DNA of 64,000 nucleotides from Lytechinus pictus (GCF_037042905.1 NC_087252.1:744001-808000); one strand, 5' to 3'; positions 32,001 through 46,189 are shown, counted from the stretch's first letter. Notes: a model not told the origin generated them from the letters alone. Program-made: numbers and translations.

Positions 32001-34500
32001 CGTATTGCGAGGTTAGTATTAGTCACTCACACAAGCTAATTACGAGGTTAGTTAGTATGTTATACTGTGCAGTGACTGGTGTTAAGTACTACTTTACTAC
32101 TACTTACAGTACACGAATATACTAGCGTCGGACTGTACGCACACAGAAGCTGACTCCGGGATCTTTCGGAGGGGATCAATGGTTGCAGTTACCGATTATC
32201 TGCAAGTGCAAAGAAAATTCAACTGTAGATTGTAGGTCCTAAATATACAGCTTATAAGTACTGTTCCAGATCACTAGATATTCTGGAATTTACTTATCTA
32301 TATCCACTATCCAGTCCAAATTCTGCCAGATTCTTCAAGTTCAAAATTGAAGGAAGCAGACTACACAGACATGACAGAAGGAGTCCGACGTCGCGACTAA
32401 TTCTGCGCATCAGAATAGTATGGTATTTTTAAATAGGCACATTTGATGCTTGTATTTCCTTCTTCAATTTCTTCTAGTTATGTGACGGTAGGCCTATGAC
32501 ATATCTCGTACTTACTGTGAAAGGCCTTGCCAGCTGCAAAGGATCGACGAGGGCGTTTCTGGAAATTCTGGTCTTGAACTACATTTTTTTTCTTGTTTTT
32601 CTTCTTTATTTTCTATATTAATCGACACATTTGCATCCCCAGGTGCATGCAGCCTCTCTATTCTACCCCATCTTTATTTTTGTTTTCCCCTTAGACTTAG
32701 TTTTAGTTCCTCTTTCCCTTCCCATTATTTTCCTTCTCTCTCGATTTCTTTTCCCCTTATTGCTGGGGGATACCAAGGGTGACATGGATAGACAAGCAAA
32801 CTTACTTGATCGACCCCCCCCCCCCTTGGCCCCATTGGAAATTATGCCAGTAGTCTTGTCTTGTCTTGGGTTAAGTCGGCATATGCAGACTTGCTGTACT
32901 CCGCCAACTTTATCAATTATCAATTCTCCAATGAACCAGTTTCTAACGTTCTCAACACTGTGTATATTATGCCAGGATATTATGTTGACTGTCAAACAAA
33001 TATCCAACAAACTATAGTTTCCAACATTGTGTCAATGTTAACTGTCCAATAAACTATTCCAATTACGCTGTCCACGTTGTGCCATTGTCCGTTGTTCAAC
33101 AACTCTCCATCAAACTAGTTTCCAACTTTGTCAACGTTGTGCCATTGTCGACTGTCCAACAAATCTCCAAGAAAATAGTTTCCAACGTTGTTCCTTTGTC
33201 GGTTGTTCAGCAACTCTCCATCGAACTAGTTTCCGACGTAGTCAACGCTGTGCCTTTGTTGGCTGTTCAACACCTATCCAATCCAACACACTAGTTTCCA
33301 ATGTTGTGCCATTGTCTGTTGTTCAACAACTTTCCAACGTTGCCAACGTTGTGTCATCGTCGACTATCCTACTGATCTCCAATTAGTCTACCAGTTTCCA
33401 ACGTTGTGCCAGTGTCAGTTGTTCAACAACTTTCCATCTAACTAGTTTCCAGCTTTATCAACGTTGTGTCATTGTATACTATCTAACTAATCTCCAATCT
33501 ACCAGTTTCCAACGTTGTGCCATCGTCGACTATCCAACAAATCTCCATCGAACTAGTTTCTAGCTTTGACAACGTTGTGCCATAGTTGGTTGTTCAACAA
33601 CTTTCCATCGAACTAGTTTCCAACGTTGCCAACCTTGTGTCATCGTTGACTATCCAACTAATCTCCAACCTACTAATTTCCATCGTTGTGCCATTGTCGA
33701 CTGTCCAACAACTCTCCAACTAACAAGTTTCCAACGTTGCCAACGTCGTGTCATTGTTGATTGTTCAACAACTTTCCAGCGAACTAGTTTCCAACGTTGC
33801 CAACGTTGTGTCTTTGCTGGCTGTCAACAACTATCCAATCAAACGTGTCTCCAACGTTGTGACATTGTCGACTGTCCAACAACTCTCCAACTTACTAGTC
33901 TCCAACGTTGTGCCATTGTCGACCGTCCAACAAATCTCCAACAAACTAGTTTCCAACTTTGTCAACGTTGTGCCATTGTCGGTTGTTCAACAACTTTCCA
34001 GCGAACTAGTTTCCAACGTTGCCAACGTTGTGTCTTTGCTGGCTGTCAACAACTATCCAATCAAACGTGTCTCCAACGTTGTGACATTGTCGACTGTCCA
34101 ACAACTCTCCAACTTACTAGTCTCCAACGTTGTGCCATTGTCGACCGTCCAACAAATCTCCAACAAACTAGTTTCCAACTTTGTCAACGTTGTGCCATTG
34201 TCGGTTGTTCAACAACTTTCCAGCGAACTAGTTTCCAACGTTGCCAACGTTGTGCCTTTGCTGGCTGTTCAACAACTATCCAATCAAACGTGTTTCCAAC
34301 GTTGTGACATTGTCGACTGTCCAACAACTCTCCGACTAACAAGTTTCCAACGTTGCCAACGTCGTGTCATTGTTGATTGTCCATCATCTTTCCATCAAAC
34401 TAGTTTCCAACGTCGATTCAACGTTAATCCATCAAGTTTTCCCAACGTCCAACGACTTTCAAGTTTCCAACGTGGAGCCAACGTTGGCTTGTTACCTGGG
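29006..34500. mobile_element. Non-autonomous CMC/EnSpm-type DNA transposon (5495 bp)
   Basis: TIR CCCAGGTAACAA/TTGTTACCTGGG; 2 bp TSD TA confirmed by the empty site near 14632; subterminal arrays of palindromic CAACGTTG; no transposase ORF. Confidence 0.88.
33766..34320. repeat. 222 bp higher-order tandem repeat (about 2.5 units)
   Basis: Units start at 33766, 33988 and 34210, each built of four monomers of about 51-60 bp. Confidence 0.85.
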
Positions 34501-37500
34501 TATATACTAACATATATTTTGTTTACTCTGAAGTACATTATATTATGTGTAAAATGCGTCATAAAAGAACAAAGTATTGTTTGATTATTATCATTGAAAT
34601 TATACCTTGTGTGGTAAATGCAATAGAATTATATCCCAAAGAACATTGAAATAAGAGTTTTTCTGTGGTGCTGAGCTATCAAAGATAAAGTTGGTGCTTG
34701 AATGCAGATCTTAAATAAGCCCACTCCAAAGATGGATTGGTTAAAATATGCAATCTTTTGTGTGTCAAACCAAAGATAGTCAGTCCTGACTGAAATTCTG
34801 GTATAATCTAAACCATGAATTGAATGTGGATTGATTTATTCCCTATTAAATTGGTTATCCATGACCATTCCTTTTGAAGCGTGACAGGGCATTCGTTCCG
34901 GCGACAGTGGCTCCAGGCCTTTTTCGCATAAGATATACGGTTGGGGTTGCAATAGGTTTTTTATGTTAGGGTAAGGATAGTTTGTACATGTAGTTTCAAA
35001 TCCAGGGTTGAAGTTGGCCATTCAATAAGTGTATGGAATTAACACCGGAGCAATTGTCGCCAGAGTAAATGTCACGGAACCCTTTCTAAGACTGTATAGT
35101 TCGAGAACATATGATATTCTGTTCAATACGTTAGTGCCTCTTTCCAGTTATACGTGTGTGGGAACTGTATTTTTTTACCAAAGCCCTTACCTATGTAAGA
35201 ATGATGATCATGATATTGACATTTATAAAGCGCTTTTGACAATAGTTTATAAAGCGCTGTTTATAAAAGTATACAGAGTGATACACTTGCAACATTCTAC
35301 CTCCATGCTTGCAATTATTCCATCAAATAGAAAACACATATTCTCTTATTTCCCACTTTTTATGGGGGTGTTTGGGGTTTTTCCTACTAAAACTCGAATC
35401 GACCTTTATCTCAAGCTATTGTTGATAAAAGCTGTCGCTATTTGACGCATCCAATTAAAGTATGGTCTTTGCCAGGCAAATCTATTGTGAAGTTCACCCA
35501 CTTTCACGTAGGCACTCGCTCAGGAATGGCACATCAAGAAAGCCCAGCTACATATTTTGTTTACAAAGACAATCATGACAGTCGAAAATAAACTGTCGAA
35601 AATGTTGCGTCAAGAGGTAACCAAACTTGTTTTAAAGGTTATGACGCGTATTAAAAGAAATTACCGAAAGGAATATGTCATGTGTTGCATGAACAAACCC
35701 ACTACATCATGATATTGTAATGAAATCGTCATAAAATCTTTATGAATTCAGGAGATTTATTTTTACCCAACTTTGGACTATTGTGTAGACTTGAAGGATG
35801 CAATAAGCGTTTATGAGCACAGGTTGTGCAGAAAGTATCACCATGTCTGAACAATATATTTGTGAAGACTATTGGTCGAGCTTTGTTGATCTGAAAAAGC
35901 TTTACTTTGGGGCTTCTATCAAGGTTGTAATGCCAAGCGTGGGCCTGTTTCATAGACATTGTTATGTACAAAATAATACCCATTACCAGTTTAAAGCTAC
36001 TGAAATCATTCGATCTGATTGGCTGATTGCAAACTTGTTATAGATATGGTGCATTTGTTATTATAAAAAGTCTTTATGAAATGGGACTTTTGTTTTGAAG
36101 CTGGTAGTCCGATAATATCAGAAAGTATTGGTGTAGAAACATGATTACAGGAAAGGGGTTTGGCATTATACCAACAATCAAAATGCATGATTAGGTAATA
36201 ACAAACGATTTGAAAAAATGGCAGTCAAATAAATTCTAGAGGCAGAGGTGAGAGCTTTTTTGTTTACAAAGTGATAACCATTTATTTTTCATAATTATAT
36301 TGCTATATTCTACCTGAGCCAGTAAATATGGCTAATCTCCATGTTACTGTTGGTCTTCAAATGTATACAATGCATTTTCTTGTATTTATCATTGCTCAGT
36401 ATACTTCTAAAGAAAATCATATTATCAGTTCAGAGGCGCACTTATTATTATTCTGAATTTAGCCTCGGTTGAAGTTTTGTTAGCCCTTCAATTATTGAGT
36501 TATATTTATCGGGTACCTGTTACCCGATCATTATAAACTCTTTGCCATATCGCATCATTGTTTACTATAAATTCCTAATTGAACTCCTTAAAACTACAAA
36601 TAGGGAGGGGGAATTTCTTTTATAATAATATCTTGGTATATTTTTAATTTGCATGTGTGGTGCAAATTAGACAGGAATTGTGATTTATGCTAGAGCAGTG
36701 TAGAAGAGAATAAAATTAATGTGTCACAGTATACAAATACATGTTATGTTGATTTATTTGTCATTTTTTTGTCTCTGTAATTTTTATGTGTAGTTGGTGC
36801 AGCTGTGGTAGATTAGAAAAAATTATCGCCACATTATTGTGACAGAATATTAACCCTAATGGTTCAAAAGTATCAATTAAAAAAATGATAATAATGGGAC
36901 TGAGTCTGTTTTGTTTTCATGGACTAACGATCGATGTAAAGAAATTGTGAGAAAATCACGATCATTATGTGTAATATTTTGCATATCACAATGATTTTGT
37001 GCCATATTTCTGTGAGCTTGTCAAAAGTTGGAAGTCCTCACTCAAGCGAAATGTACTGTCAGTATCTCACACTGTTCTCTAATAGAAATAGAACGAAGCC
37101 CAAGGGAAATATATGAACAAGAATATCCTTGTATTTTAGATTTTTTTTTTCAATTTGCCAGGACCATTTTCAAAGAGTAAACTTTTATTGAAATGAACTG
37201 TATCTAGGATCAACTCCCATAACTTCCGAAATAAAAAGAAAATTCGTCTCCAAATAGGAATAAGGTATTGATTAACAACAACAGTTTACACTAGGTGATC
37301 AGACGTGGTGCTGGAGGCATTGCATGTCAGGCATAAAATAGGCACTTTGGTAAACATCTATTCTACTCATAACAATAAACATCGACCTTGCAAAATAATT
37401 TAAATACCTTTTCAAATCCTTATAAAATTGACCTATGCACCTGATGCATGCAAAGCCATTGTTCGCAGACTGAAATCATGAAATCGGCTTTTGAATAGCA

Positions 37501-38917
37501 TGGTTTTGACAGAGCTTACTCTTTTATTTTGTCAGTCAACCAGAAATCGTAACAAAAAAGATTTATGCACTTGACGCCCGCCGTCGCCAGTTGCTGAACT
37601 TCTAAATATGACAAAATATGTCAATTCAATTCAATGCCAGAAACAGTCCCAATGTACAGTGAGAGGGAGGAGGTGAGGGAGGGAGGGGGGCATTTATGAC
37701 AACCTTAATGTTACAGCTTTTCTCCATTGATTTACACAAGTAGGATCTTTATTTTGTAACATTATTCTCTCTGCTTATTCCCATTTTGCCTCCTCCCCAT
37801 ATGTTTTTTTTTCTTTTTACCTTTCCACTTCTTAAAATATCATGGAGATCATTGCTCTCTGCGCCTCTGGTTAACGCCCATACTGTAAAGAATATTGGGT
37901 AAAATTTTAACCAGCACGAGGGTAATTATGTGCCCAAATTATGTGTCCAACCAATTTGGGGCAGTATTATACCAAATGCGCCCCTGGTTAACGCCCACAC
38001 TGTAAAGAATAGCCTAGTGGGTAAAATTTTAACCAGCACGAGGGTAATTATGTGCCCAAATTATGTGTCCAACCAATTTGGGGCAGTATTATACCAAATG
38101 CGGGAAGCATATTGTCCAGTAAGGTTAAAAAGATAGAATGGGCAAAATTTTATCACACTGGATAAATAAAAATGCCCCAAACGAAATGCCCAATGTTGAT
38201 TGGACACATAATTACCCTCATGGAGCACTTTTACCCAATTTTTTTTTTTTAGAGTGGATTAGGGTACCATTTGGTCGCAAATCTCGCTTTTGGAGCATCT
38301 TCTCTTCTCGTCAGACTATATCACCCGACCGCATTTAAGGGGCTAAACTTTCCATGCTCTGGACTCGGGTTTAATTCAAACTCTGGCCTAAAGTTGTGAT
38401 TCAACTATGAATATCCACTTGTAATTCAGCACAGGTTCAATTATTTATCACTTTATTCGACTCCGCGCTATCAGAGAATAATAACATATTTGTTCACCTT
38501 TAACGCATTAATAGAGAGCACAGTCATACAAGAAATACAATCAAAACAGCACTTTGGGCTTCCCATAAATTTAGCATCGTGATTATAATAAAGTAACACA
38601 GAAGGCTCTTGGATTATCGGTATAGAGGGAAGATCCCCTCCCGTTTTGACACAGACTTTTTACAATAACAGAATCAAAATTTAAATTAAAACAAATTTAG
38701 CCAATTATATAATGTGATTTGTTCTTGTAGATTTTATTAAACAGACACCAGGTCCTGCCAAGGTTCCATGACATTTGTTCCGGCTTAAATTGTACCAAAA
38801 CTAAATGAATTCTTATCCCAATCCTTACAATATTCTGAACAAAAATCTCTATACAATCCTCCTTTAACCCTATGGCCTCTAAAACAGGGTAAACGGGGGG
38901 GGGGGGCTGAGTGGGCT

Positions 38918-39666
38918 TTTCTTGGACGGTTAAGACATGTTGTTAACGAATCAAGCTTAAATTTGATATACAAATCTGCCATTTTGCCACATTTTGATTA
39001 CGCGAACGTCATTTGGTATTCCGCTTCACAAGGTTCTCTGTCAGCCCTTCAAAAACTCCAGAATAATGCTGGCCGTATAATTATGAAAATAAATCCCTAC
39101 TCTTTTGTCTCTAATCAACATATTCATGAGACTTTGCATTGGGAATTTCTTGAATGCCGCTATAAAAAGCATATATGTACAATGATTTATAAAATATTGC
39201 CCAATCTTTTTCCAAACTATATGTCTGATAACATTTTTAGAAGAACTTTAAATTATTCACTTCGTTCGAACCAAAATCTTAATTTACCCAAGCCAAATTC
39301 TAACAATTGTAAAAGGACATTTTGCTATAGGGGGATATCAATTTCTAATCAATTGCACAATGAAATTCGTAATGCACCAACTTTAAGTTCCTTTTTATAC
39401 TCTGTTATATGATTATTTAGATTGAGCATTTGTATTTCTTTTTTATTCTTTCTTTTTGTTTTTATAGTTTTAGTAATTTTTTTTTTATAGTATTTTTAAT
39501 GGTGTATATTACTTTGTATGGTAAATGTAGGACCCCAAGGAAGAACAGCAGTATTTTGTAAATACAGCTGAATTGGGTGATCCTCCGCTATTGTATATAT
39601 CTCTCTTGTATATTGTATATTTTTCTTTTTTTAAATCTGATTTCGGAAATAAAAACAAACAAACAA
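38918..39666 (+). mobile_element. 5'-truncated CR1/L2-group LINE (RT C-terminus, 3' UTR, AAAC tail)
   Basis: YKSAILPHFDYANVIW...LQKLQNNAGRII; absent at the paralogous site 19308; no clear TSD. Confidence 0.85.
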
Positions 39667-42600
39667 GCCCCCCCCCCCACCCACTTTTACCAAAACCGTC
39701 GGTACAAGAACGTAAAAAATGACCAACTGATTATGATTGTTTGCATGGTCAGCCCCCACCTCCTCCCCCTCCCCCCCCCCCCCCCCACTTCCAAAACCGT
39801 TCCGTGGCCCCTGAAAGCAGTGTACAAAAACGTAAAAATAACTATCTGATTGTGATTTTGTGCATGGTGCAAGAGTCTGAGAAGCATATGTCGTGTCGTC
39901 TATGTGTAAGTATATGGAAAGTCGAAAGCCATTACCGGGCAAGTAATATAGTAACACTTTAATTATAATATTAATCAGCCTTCACGTTCAATGTTTTTTT
40001 GAAAAATTAAAACCTTTATAAGATTGGAATTAGAAAATGATCTAGTTTACTTAATCAACAGAAACAGTGCCAATACTGCGGGTTTTGCGTGTGGGGAAAA
40101 ATAATTTTTGATTTTTAAATATTTCCTAACATGACAGACATCTTGTAAGACTCAAACATGCAAAATAATGAATTCCATTACCTTTTCAAATACTTTAAAC
40201 ATTCACACAAATGTAAGTCAATTAATCAAATTGACTTTCCGAAGGTATTGTCGTGAATGAATGATTTTTACTTTTTCATATTTTCTCAGTCGACCCAAAG
40301 ATTTATTTTCAAATATGTCTTTGCTAACACCCACTCTCGGTGGTTATTGAAGTTTTATGACCCCCCCCCCCCCCCCCCCGAGTTTGTTCAGTAGTCATGC
40401 AGCGCAGGGAGATCTGCAGGGGCCCGTTGCAAAAAGAGTTGCAATCAAACGCAACTCAAAAAATATTGTGCAACCTGATTTTCAGCCGATGAAGCACCCA
40501 TATTTGGAACTTGCGCTTGATATTTTGACTTGCGTTTAAACGCAACTCCTTCGGCAACAGGCCCCTGGGCCCTATCTTACATAGAGTTACTATTGATCCG
40601 ATCAACCTTGTGTATATGGAAATCCACCAATGACTTTTTTTTTTCTTCAGGAAATTGCACGATTTCCTTTGTAAACAAAAAGAAGCACACTTTCAAGAAA
40701 AATATGAATATACATTATATCCAGAAATTATTTTGAACAAATTTGCATTTTAGATGTTGAGGTTGCTGGCTTTCCATAGTTGTAGTTGATCTGATCAATC
40801 GCAGCTCTTTGTATGACGGGGTCCAGATATCTTTGAAAAAATACTTCACATTCATATACCCTGGAAATATCTCGAGATCCTCAGGAACTTCAACTCTTGA
40901 AAACTGATGTAGGGCCTAAACATGCAAAAGCAAAACCCCAGCGAAATAATTCATTTCACTTCATTTATTTCATTTCCCACAAAATATATCAAAATACAGT
41001 TTGATCAAATTCATTAAGTCAATGCAATAAACAAAATTGTAACATCATTGAAATGATTGAAATTTTACTTAGTTTAATTTTAGTCACACGTTTTTAAAGT
41101 AATTTCCTTTATTTCTATGATTTTGTTCGTCTTTTAAACTGTCTTGATTTTAATCTAGGTTTTTATTTTTGTTTTGATTCATTTAATGTGATATCATTGA
41201 TATGTCATGTAATTTTGATTGTGTATTGTATTTTACTTTATATTAATTGTATTTCATTTATTTTGTAAATCTTTCTATGTCTACAGGGCTCTTTTGTAAA
41301 GCAGGCCTTTGGGCTCTGAAAGGACTACCCTGTTTTTAAATAAAACTGAATAAATAAATAAATTAATTAAATGAAAATGTATCAACTAACAATAACAAAA
41401 AAGGTGTGACACTTAAAGAAACAGATTTATGTTTTGTTAAAGTGGGGTAGCCAATTCCATTATCACAAAATATATTTTTTTTAGGGGGTTCACAACCAGT
41501 GGCGGTCCGGGGGTGGCACATCCGGTGCGTGCTCCCCTTCTGAGAGTCATAACATAATCATTCAGAGAATATGCCGTCCATATAGTGAATTGAAAAAATT
41601 TTTGTCATTTTTTTCTGGAAGTAAATGATCTGCATTTTGTAGTGAATACGTTTTTTTTCTTGACATTTTTTTCCGCCAACATAATGCCCCCCCCCCCTTG
41701 GAAAATCCCAGATCCGCCCCTGTTCACAACCTCAGCCAATTTGTTGAGTCTACTAAGGGACGCCCCATAAGATACCCAGGGGGGGGGGGCGTGAATTTTG
41801 GGTTGATGCAATTTTTTTTCCTTTCTTCTTTGAGTAAAGTTTTTTTTCCTTAGTCTGTTGAGACAATTTTTTTTGCCCCTTTCAGATGATTTGTCAGTGG
41901 ACCAATTTTTTTTTTTTACTCTGATGGTGAGTCAAGTTTTTATTTTTGCTTATAAAGCAAATCATTTTTTTTTTGGGGGGGGGACTTCCAGCCCCCCCCC
42001 CCCCCAAATATCTAATAGTGCGTCCCGTAGAAAAGGGTTGTGAAAGTAAACGGAAAGAGGGAGGAAGGGCAGAAACAATATGGGAGTGAAAAGAAAGGGA
42101 CTTTTCTTCTTCCAGGGTATTGAGTCGTATGACCTTTGATCTCTGTTTCGTTCGAACCTTCCATAGGTCAAGTCCACTCCAGAAAAAAAAATTGATTTGA
42201 AGAAAAAGACAAAAAAATCAAACCAGCAAAACACTGAAAATTTCATCGAAATCGGATGTGAAATAATATAGTTTTAAAGTTTCGCTTATTTTCACAAAAA
42301 CAGTTATATGCACAATACAACTCAGTGGTATGCAAATGAGAGAGCCGCCGATGTCCCTAACTCACTATTTCTTTAGTTTTGTATTGTTTGAATTATACAA
42401 TATTCCAATTTTTACAGATTTTTAAGGACCCTCTTGTTAGAACCACAAAATGTTAAAATAATTATAATTACACTTGTTCAGGGAAGAATAAAACTTTGTT
42501 TTATATGACAACGGGGAGAAAATTATAATATTTCATATTCTATGTAATGAAATACAAAAGAAATAGTGAGTGGATGATGTCATCAGTCAGAAATTGTGAG

Positions 42601-43318
42601 TTAATCACGATCATTTTGTGTAATATTTTGCATATCACAATAATTTTGTGCCATATTTCTGTGAGCTTGTCAAAAGTTGGAAGTCCTCACCCAAGCGAAA
42701 TGTACTGTCAGTATCTCACACTGTTCTCTAATAAAAATAGAACGAAGCCCGAGGGAAATACATGAACAAGAATATCCTTCACTGATGTGGTTTACGGTAC
42801 ACCATGTGGAGTGTTATAGAAACAGTGGATAGAAGAAGAGAAGAAATGGATAGGCGAGAAAGTGGAGATTTGAGAGTAGAGTATTCTTTCTTGAAAGTAG
42901 TCCTGAAAAGGACTGTAAACCAGGAAAGATTGATGATTTGAGAACAGCTTGAGTAGTAGAGCTAATGATGAGATGCTGGCTTGAGTCGGCGAGTAGAGAT
43001 GATGAGTAGTAGAGAGACTCGACGTTTCGGACACCCGGGGGGGGGGGGGCACTCAGTATATAATGCATAGTGGGTATGTGCCGCGGAGGGGACCCCCATT
43101 TTTACACTCAAATTTCCGTTCCAAGGCATAGCATTTTTGTCTTATTGAGAAAAAGAACAAAGAAAGCCGCTCCAAGGCATAGCATTTCCTTCTTATCGAG
43201 AAAAAAAGAAGAAATCCGCTCCAAAGCTTCGCATATTTTTCGTTACGCCGTTCCGGTCGCATTGATCTGCTACAATTTTGGTGAAAAGCGGCCGTAGAGC
43301 GCTTTTCGACCATCGCCT

Positions 43319-43553
43319 TAGTCTAGTTCTAGACGATTTTAAACGAATCTATTTGCACCACGATATAATACGTTCTATTCCGTGCGTACGCCCAGCCGAG
43401 TGTGCGCGCAAAACCGAGAACCTGTACTCCGAGGAAATTTCCTCGGAGTACAGGTTCTCGGTTTTGCGCGCACACTCGGCTGGGCGTACGCACGGAATAG
43501 AACGTATATATCGGTGCAAATAAATTCGTTTAATATCGTCTAGAACTAGACTA
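43319..43553. mobile_element. 235 bp fold-back MITE, TAG...CTA ends, 9 bp TSD
   Basis: Near-perfect palindrome; TSD CCATCGCCT at 43310-43318 and 43554-43562. Confidence 0.9.
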
Positions 43554-44219
43554 CCATCGCCTAAGCCCGAGCGCACCCTAGTCTACAATTGTAGACCCAC
43601 ATCTGCAGTGTGTGTATCACAGCTGATTCAAGGAGTCTGCATAGCAGACTAGGTCTACTAGAGCCTACAATTGTAGACCCACATCTGCAGTGTGTGTATC
43701 ACAGCTGATTCAAGGAGTCTGCATAGCAGACTAGGTCTACTAGAGCCTGCAGATCTGGGTCTACAACATGTTTGACCAATGTACACGAAACGTGTACACA
43801 AGGCGGAGCTTGCTGAAACCCTCCGTTGCCAGTAGATACCATGATTGACAGCAGATTTGTGGAAGTAGGGGCAAGAGAGGGATTAGGATCCAGCTGTTCT
43901 GACCATTTCTTATCTTGTGGAATTTAAACAAATAGGGTATACTCCTCTTTCACTTTTGGGGCTTGCTACATACACATAGGATCCATATACATGCATAGAT
44001 ACATATATGAATGTACTTGAGTAGTCAGGAGATGGAATGGTTTGGATGATAGGTCCATGATGATACCAAAGTCTGTAATAGCTCATGGTTATAATAGCAT
44101 AGGGCATATTTTGAAACATTTTTTGTTACAGCAAGGAACGTGTATGGAACTAATACAGTATATGAATGTGTAGAAGATGCCCTGATCACCCCCCCCCCCC
44201 CCGGGTCTTTTATAAGTGA

Positions 44220-44600
44220 CATGGAATAAACCTTGTCTTTTTCTTTCTTTCTCTTCCTTTTTTTCTTTTTTCCTCTATTCATTCTTCTTGATTTTTTTTT
44301 CTTTTCCTCTTTTCTTCTCTTTTGTTTTCTTTCTTTTTTCTCTCTTCTTTTTCTCTTTATATCTTCCTTTCTTTCCTTTCCTTTCTTCCTTTTTCTTTCT
44401 TTCATTCATTCATTTTTTCCTTCCTTTTTTTTCATTTTTATCTCTTTCTCTCTCTCTCTCTTTCTTTCTTTCATTCTTTCCCTTCCTCCTCCTTTCTTAT
44501 TTTTTCTAATTTTATTTTCATTTTTTATTTCATTTGCTCTCTCATTCTTCTTCCTTTCCTCCAATGTCCTGTTTTTTTTTATGTTATTTATCATCCTACG
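44220..44600. repeat. CT-rich low-complexity tract
   Basis: Seen directly. Confidence 0.9.
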
Positions 44601-44644
44601 TGTATCTTTATCATTTCTACAATATAATGGAACTGATTGATTAA

Positions 44645-45234
44645 AGGACAAGTCCACCCCAACAAAACTTGATTTGAATAAAAAGAGAAAAATTCAACAA
44701 GCATAACACTGAAAATTTCATCAAAATCGGATGTAAAATAAGAAAGTTATGACATTTAAAAGTTTCGCTTCATTTCACAAAACAGTTTGATATGCACATC
44801 TCGGTCGGTATGCAAATGAGGGAACTGATGACATCACTCACTCACTATTTCTTTTGTATTTTATTATATGAAATGTGAAATATTTTTATTTTCTTGTCAT
44901 TGTCATGGTGAAATGAAGTTTCATTCCTCCCTGAACACGTTTAACATTTTATGCTTCAGGCAAAGAGGTCCTAATCATCAAATTCGTAAAATTGAAATAT
45001 TGTGTAATTCAAACAATAAAAAACAAAAGAAATATTGAGTGAGTGACATCATCGACTCTCTCATTTGGATGTAACTGGCTCGTTCATATAACTATTTTGT
45101 TAAAAATAAGCGAAACTTGGAAATGTCATAACTTTCTTATTTTACATCCGATTTTGATGAAATTTTCAGCATTGTGCTTGTCTGATCTTTCTCTATTGAT
45201 TCAAATCAACATTTTTCTGAGGTAGACTTGACCT
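44645..45234. mobile_element. Kolobok-type MITE
   Basis: TTAA|AGGACAAGTCCAC...GTAGACTTGACCT|TTAA; long imperfect TIRs; related copies near 42165, 55880-56656 and 62740. Confidence 0.8.
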
Positions 45235-45897
45235 TTAATGAACCAAACCGTTTTCTAAAGTACAAAATAAGAAATTATATGAAATTTTAGCGTGCAACAT
45301 TAACCTTATGTACTACTCACATAAGATATGACTTGTTCTCTTTTCTTATACCCTCTTTATTTCTTCCCCTTCCTTTCCTTCTTGTTATCTTTTCTTTCTC
45401 TTTCTCTTTGTCTCTTTTCTTCTTTTCCGTTCCTTCTTCTTACATCTTAATAAATTAAGTTTTGTTTGCCCTGCCATTAGCATTTAGTTTCAAATTTTCT
45501 TTATAATTCTATTCTTTCGACTTCAATGTTTCCTTCTTCATTAAGCCTATTGTGAATGTTTTGATGTTTTGTTTTATGGCTAATATCAAATAAAGATAAA
45601 TTATATATATTTCATTTACAGATGAGATTCAGACATCCCCATTGCACATGAAATACAGGGGCCGCGGAAGCGGGGGGGGGGGGGGTGACCCCACTTTCAA
45701 AGCCGTGTACATAATCGTAAAAATGACCATATGATTGTGATTTTTTGCGTCATCAGCCCCCCCCCCCCCCTACTTTGAAAACCATTTCCACGGCCCCTGA
45801 AATATACACTGTTCATCATCACACCGGACACCTCGGGCCCACCCTGGATCCGCCTATGAAATGCATTTTTTTTTAGAAGAAGTAGCATACACTACAG

Positions 45898-46189
45898 CAG
45901 TGGCGTACCTAGGATTTTCCACAGGAGGGGAAAATTTGCCCGCCAAAAAATTTGACAAGCAAAAAAAAAAAGAAAGAAAAGGTCCTCAATCGAAAATAAA
46001 GGTTTTCGTACCAGAAAAAATATTGACATGCAAAAAAAAAGAAAAAGGCCTTCAAGCTTGTCAGGGGGGGGGGCAATAAAGGTCTTTCAAGCTCGTCAGG
46101 GGGGGGGCAGGGATATGTCTTTTGTATGGGTTGTGGCTCATCAGGGGGGGGGGCAGATTGCCCCCCCCCCCCCCGTAGGTACGCTAGTG
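45898..46189. mobile_element. hAT-type MITE
   Basis: CAGTGGCGTACCTA...TAGGTACGCTAGTG; 8 bp TSD CACTACAG. Confidence 0.85.

Larger units (their letters stand above)
20051..40416 (+). repeat. Segmental duplication unit A, copy 2, expanded by Gypsy, EnSpm-type and LINE insertions
   Basis: Colinear with 12449-20044 once the insertions are removed. Confidence 0.93.

Noticed and set aside
32930..34490. CRISPR-like array
   Set aside because: The sequences between motifs are themselves repeated and degenerate, the context is eukaryotic, there are no cas genes, and the array lies within transposon TIRs.
33748..34584. 278 aa repetitive ORF
   Set aside because: By-product of the 222 bp tandem repeat; it runs across the TIR into flanking DNA.
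43278..43576. Pair of similar ORFs on opposite strands
   Set aside because: Artefact of the palindromic MITE.
44025..44657. Phe/Leu-rich and Lys/Arg-rich ORFs
   Set aside because: Low-complexity CT tract.
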